Positions 30,201-32,000 of a stretch of 32,000 nucleotides of DNA are shown here, one piece after another. A program made the position numbers and the translations under genes. The notes under the pieces are model-generated. The model ran no database searches, was not told where the DNA came from, and saw only the letters and a list, made by a program, of their open reading frames with translations. Position 1 is the first letter of the stretch; every line of letters starts with the position of its first letter. The stretch spans positions 360,001 to 392,000 of the forward strand of contig NZ_CP017260.1 of NCBI RefSeq assembly GCF_001735745.1, in the 5' to 3' direction. This DNA comes from Formosa sp. Hel1_33_131. GTDB taxonomy: Bacteria > Bacteroidota > Bacteroidia > Flavobacteriales > Flavobacteriaceae.

Positions 30201-32000
30201 GTGCAGAATCCGTTTGAACAACTCTATCATCTTCAAAAATGCTGATGACTCCTGCCGCACTATCATATGTAAATGTATAGTGGTGGAACAGGTTATCGCT
30301 TGAGATCCCTCCAGAGACTGTAGAGTCCCCAAATTGGAAACTAATCGTTGACCCTTGTAAATCGATATTAATTCCTCTCTCCTGATCTACTATAGAAGCT
30401 GTACCAGCTTCAGTTTGATTGTTCATCCAAAATTCAAAGCTAAAATCGCCTGTCTGAATATATGGACTTTCAATAGTTGCTGTATTTGTTGAACCGTTAA
30501 AGTAAAGAGAGACATTGTTGTTAATTGGCAATTGGTTGGTTTCTCCTTTAATTTCGATTAAACTGACCGAAGAGTTATAAAAAATAGCTTCGTTGAAACG
30601 TACAGATATATCTTCACCATAACCCAAAATACCATCTATTGGAGTTGGGGTTCCAAAAGCACGGGGTGCAAACAAATCTACTTTTCCTGTGATCACTTCA
30701 GAAATATAGGACGTATCGTTGGTACACGTACTAATAGCACGGATTTCGTAAGTACCATTCTGAATATTTTGCCCTACAATATCCCAAGGATAATTAATTG
30801 TAGTCTCCGTAATCACTGAAATTTCTGTTTCATTATTTATAACAGCTTCGTCATAAAAATCTTGAGTTCCATAATACGTATGTAAACGCGTCCATGTTGA
30901 TGAAGTTGCTGATCTGTATTGTAAGTCTAATTTTTGAAAACTAGAAAACCCAGTCGTGTATTCACTTAGTTCTACAGCAAGTGGATTGCTTGTGCCATCA
31001 AGGTTATAAGCTTCTGAGATATTATACACCCAGTTGTCTAAAGGAGCAGATACCACCACATTAGAACAGGAAGGTACAAAATGAGCTGAAAGGGTTACTG
31101 AATCGCTTGCGTCACCACCACATAAACTTTCAAAAACAATTTCAATATCATCGTAGTCGTACACATCTGAAAGCGATTTTCCGATGGTCACAACAAACTC
31201 CCTTGGAACTCCATATTGAAAGGATGGAAATAATATTCCATCAGATGGAATATTAATGATTGCACTGTTAGGGTTTGAAGATGGGTTGACTCTTAAAATA
31301 TAGTCGGATTCCAGTCTTGTAGTACTAATGTTTTCTAATTGCACTCTAAATTCAGCACTCACATCTTCAGGAACATTACTCACATCTACAACCTCAGCCG
31401 TAATTTGTGGGACTTCAATTTGTTGTGTAGCGAGACTTAATTCTTGGCGATCACCTTCCGCGAGTTCTATAATATTTGGGTCATTTGCTACATAGGTAGC
31501 CGGGTTATAATATATAGATTTTTGAACACCTTCGTACGGGCAGGACGTTCTACCACCTCTGGTGATAAAAATAGGACCATTCCCATCAAAAGAGTTGACA
31601 ACATCGATACTTAAAACATTTCCAGGATCACTCTCAACTAATGTGTAAGAGATAGAGGTTGTCGCTGTTTCTTCAGTTGAAAACGACGTATTGATATCTT
31701 GATTTACAAAACCTCCGGTCGTATTTAATAAACCAACTCCATTTATATTAAATCCTAAATCAAGAGCAAAGCTTTCATCGGCATTTAAGTTCACTAAACT
31801 TGAGCTTGTGCTAACAACTGCCGTTTCAACACTTCTCGTAAATTGTCCAACCCCATTATCGATAGACACATTATCCTCAAAATTGGTGTTTAATAAATCT
31901 CTTATCAGAGTCGATGATTCTAGATTATTTGTTAACTCTGCTTCGGAAAGTGGATCATTGTCTTGATCAAGTGCATCCGTTAATTCTGCTATAAAAGTGT
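27199..32000 (-). CDS. Giant secreted LamG/concanavalin-A-like lectin repeat protein with a T9SS type-A C-terminal sorting domain. Its 5' end lies beyond the right window edge.
   Basis: The track gives 1556 aa from a GTG at 31869. I translated 31870-32000 in the same frame and found no stop, so the gene continues past the window. LamG_3-type motifs are present (NLHDVRLWSKAL, SIDEFRLWNTLRS). The C-terminus LYPNPSKDGFVYLEF...GTYFLNTTIDNEVHNNKIILNEK is a Por secretion tail. Confidence 0.85.
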   Translation of the reverse strand, partial: TFIAELTDALDQDNDPLSEAELTNNLESSTLIRDLLNTNFEDNVSIDNGVGQFTRSVETAVVSTSSSLVNLNADESFALDLGFNINGVGLLNTTGGFVNQDINTSFSTEETATTSISYTLVESDPGNVLSIDVVNSFDGNGPIFITRGGRTSCPYEGVQKSIYYNPATYVANDPNIIELAEGDRQELSLATQQIEVPQITAEVVDVSNVPEDVSAEFRVQLENISTTRLESDYILRVNPSSNPNSAIINIPSDGILFPSFQYGVPREFVVTIGKSLSDVYDYDDIEIVFESLCGGDASDSVTLSAHFVPSCSNVVVSAPLDNWVYNISEAYNLDGTSNPLAVELSEYTTGFSSFQKLDLQYRSATSSTWTRLHTYYGTQDFYDEAVINNETEISVITETTINYPWDIVGQNIQNGTYEIRAISTCTNDTSYISEVITGKVDLFAPRAFGTPTPIDGILGYGEDISVRFNEAIFYNSSVSLIEIKGETNQLPINNNVSLYFNGSTNTATIESPYIQTGDFSFEFWMNNQTEAGTASIVDQERGINIDLQGSTISFQFGDSTVSGGISSDNLFHHYTFTYDSAAGVISIFEDDRVVQTDSAPQNLQYNFDANMVFGGNTFIGNLHDVRLWSKALNFTDAYANIYTKYVGNELDLVGYWPMNEGHGNLAHDIARFKHAQVNAAWDIKPKGEAYEFAGGQYLTLDNVAAVQLTNEMNATLSFWVKTDQTQNATIFSNGRGDDTDIAAQDGTRNKWAVNLNGDGNLSFENENNSYNLTTTSITDNQWHHVSILINRFGNLKTYVDAALVSTNPTVDISSFYGNKMWLGARGHIDLAGTETVDRAFSGSIDEFRLWNTLRSFEQIERDRFFEVDTDSAGLLVYSKMNAPDTPTGNGPRYYHIVPGPLYSTSLAVMNAGTVNYTIDVPPIKPARNTISFQISHVINGDQMIMEPVVSSLAAIEGQVLDITVHRMFDEFNNMQASPITWTAYVNKDQVDWYIDEEQTVSETELIFGDEKTYTILVVNSGGTFQDFSLLNVPNWLTVSQSSGLLSPNSSIEISAMVDSDLAAGYYEQDMFLRTEFGFDQKIQLKLDIFSDIDWTLDPNDFQYSMNVIGKIMIDGVFDQDTKDKLGVFYNEELRGVGQLTFDPNYQEYFVYLTIYSNTASGEILNFNIWDASEDKILVATLDGEETTEFILNRVLGSNTNPALFENTTEVSQSIGFNQGYTWISFPVQSSTLSDVNAITSNLDLETNDLMLSHSPSLLETYFNDPQDTDNSSWSGSISDNGGFSTTKMYKVRLENAQTLDVLGTPVDLSTWTFPISENWNWLPYVVGENVRIGEALSDFIPSVDDVIKSQNEFAIYDALNGWSGTLSYLETGKGYMLRSSSEQEFKYPNYLSGGRRMASESSSSTVSSETQSAFNAFSQNMNAVIQLPEGYTNVYAYNTAGELHGHAVTQMVNGNELSFMTIVGDTSQNQRLVFHIGDGDTTKQTSNTINFSADSILGTTRTPYIIDEDAIDLSTSQFMLYPNPSKDGFVYLEFYAQNNQKAQVRIHNMLNQLLFDMSVVIEKGHNRLKIPVNFQNGTYFLNTTIDNEVHNNKIILNEK

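Noticed and set aside
28704-30332. Short ORFs (28704-28919, 29173-29472, 29518-29718 plus; 30141-30332 minus) within the LamG gene
   Set aside because: These are shadow or alternate frames of a continuous >1600-codon ORF.
1-32000. Search for LanC cyclase, YcaO, class II-IV lanthipeptide synthetases, integrase/transposase, tRNA, rRNA and CRISPR repeats
   Set aside because: No ORF in the track shows the corresponding motifs (for example LanC GxxHG/WCxG/CHG). I saw no regularly spaced direct repeats and no tRNA-like cloverleaf candidates. Absence within the window does not exclude presence just outside it.

Overview
This window looks like Bacteroidota, probably Flavobacteriia-like. That is an inference from T9SS-type C-terminal sorting domains, TAnnTTTG-like promoter boxes, lipoprotein signals and an arg operon carrying an argF'-type transcarbamylase. 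It has three parts.

(1) Positions 1-16.3 kb are a very AT-rich accessory region holding two back-to-back peptide-maturation loci.
- Minus strand: an OMP/TonB-dependent-receptor-like gene, then three tandem double-glycine-leader precursor peptides that are absent from the ORF track. These are followed by an ATP-grasp maturase, a 72-aa ORF, a SPASM-domain protein with no radical-SAM CX3CX2C motif, and a C39-peptidase ABC exporter.
- Plus strand: a split LanB dehydratase (glutamylation protein plus elimination protein) with no LanC in the window, and a signal-peptide/TPR/TM/AraC-HTH regulator. Next come a fourth small GG-leader peptide with a strong terminator and two tandem paralogous lipoprotein prolyl oligopeptidases.
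- The two halves are linked by a related leader type. They also share a near-identical palindromic operator (GAAATTTATAAATTTC) placed exactly 65 nt upstream of both the OMP start codon and the fourth-peptide start codon.

(2) Positions 16.3-17.2 kb hold a ParE/RelE-type toxin-antitoxin pair bracketed by two copies of a ~135-bp repeat. This sits at the compositional boundary.

(3) Positions 17.2-32 kb are higher-GC core-like DNA.
- A nine-gene arginine operon runs on the minus strand: GNAT-argG-argC-proC-argD-argF'-argB-argE-like-argH. It is preceded by a candidate Arg-rich leader uORF.
- After it come a tiny lipoprotein, a 211-aa secreted protein and a giant (>1600 aa, truncated by the window) LamG-repeat T9SS cargo protein.

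I saw no rRNA, tRNA, CRISPR array, transposase or integrase.
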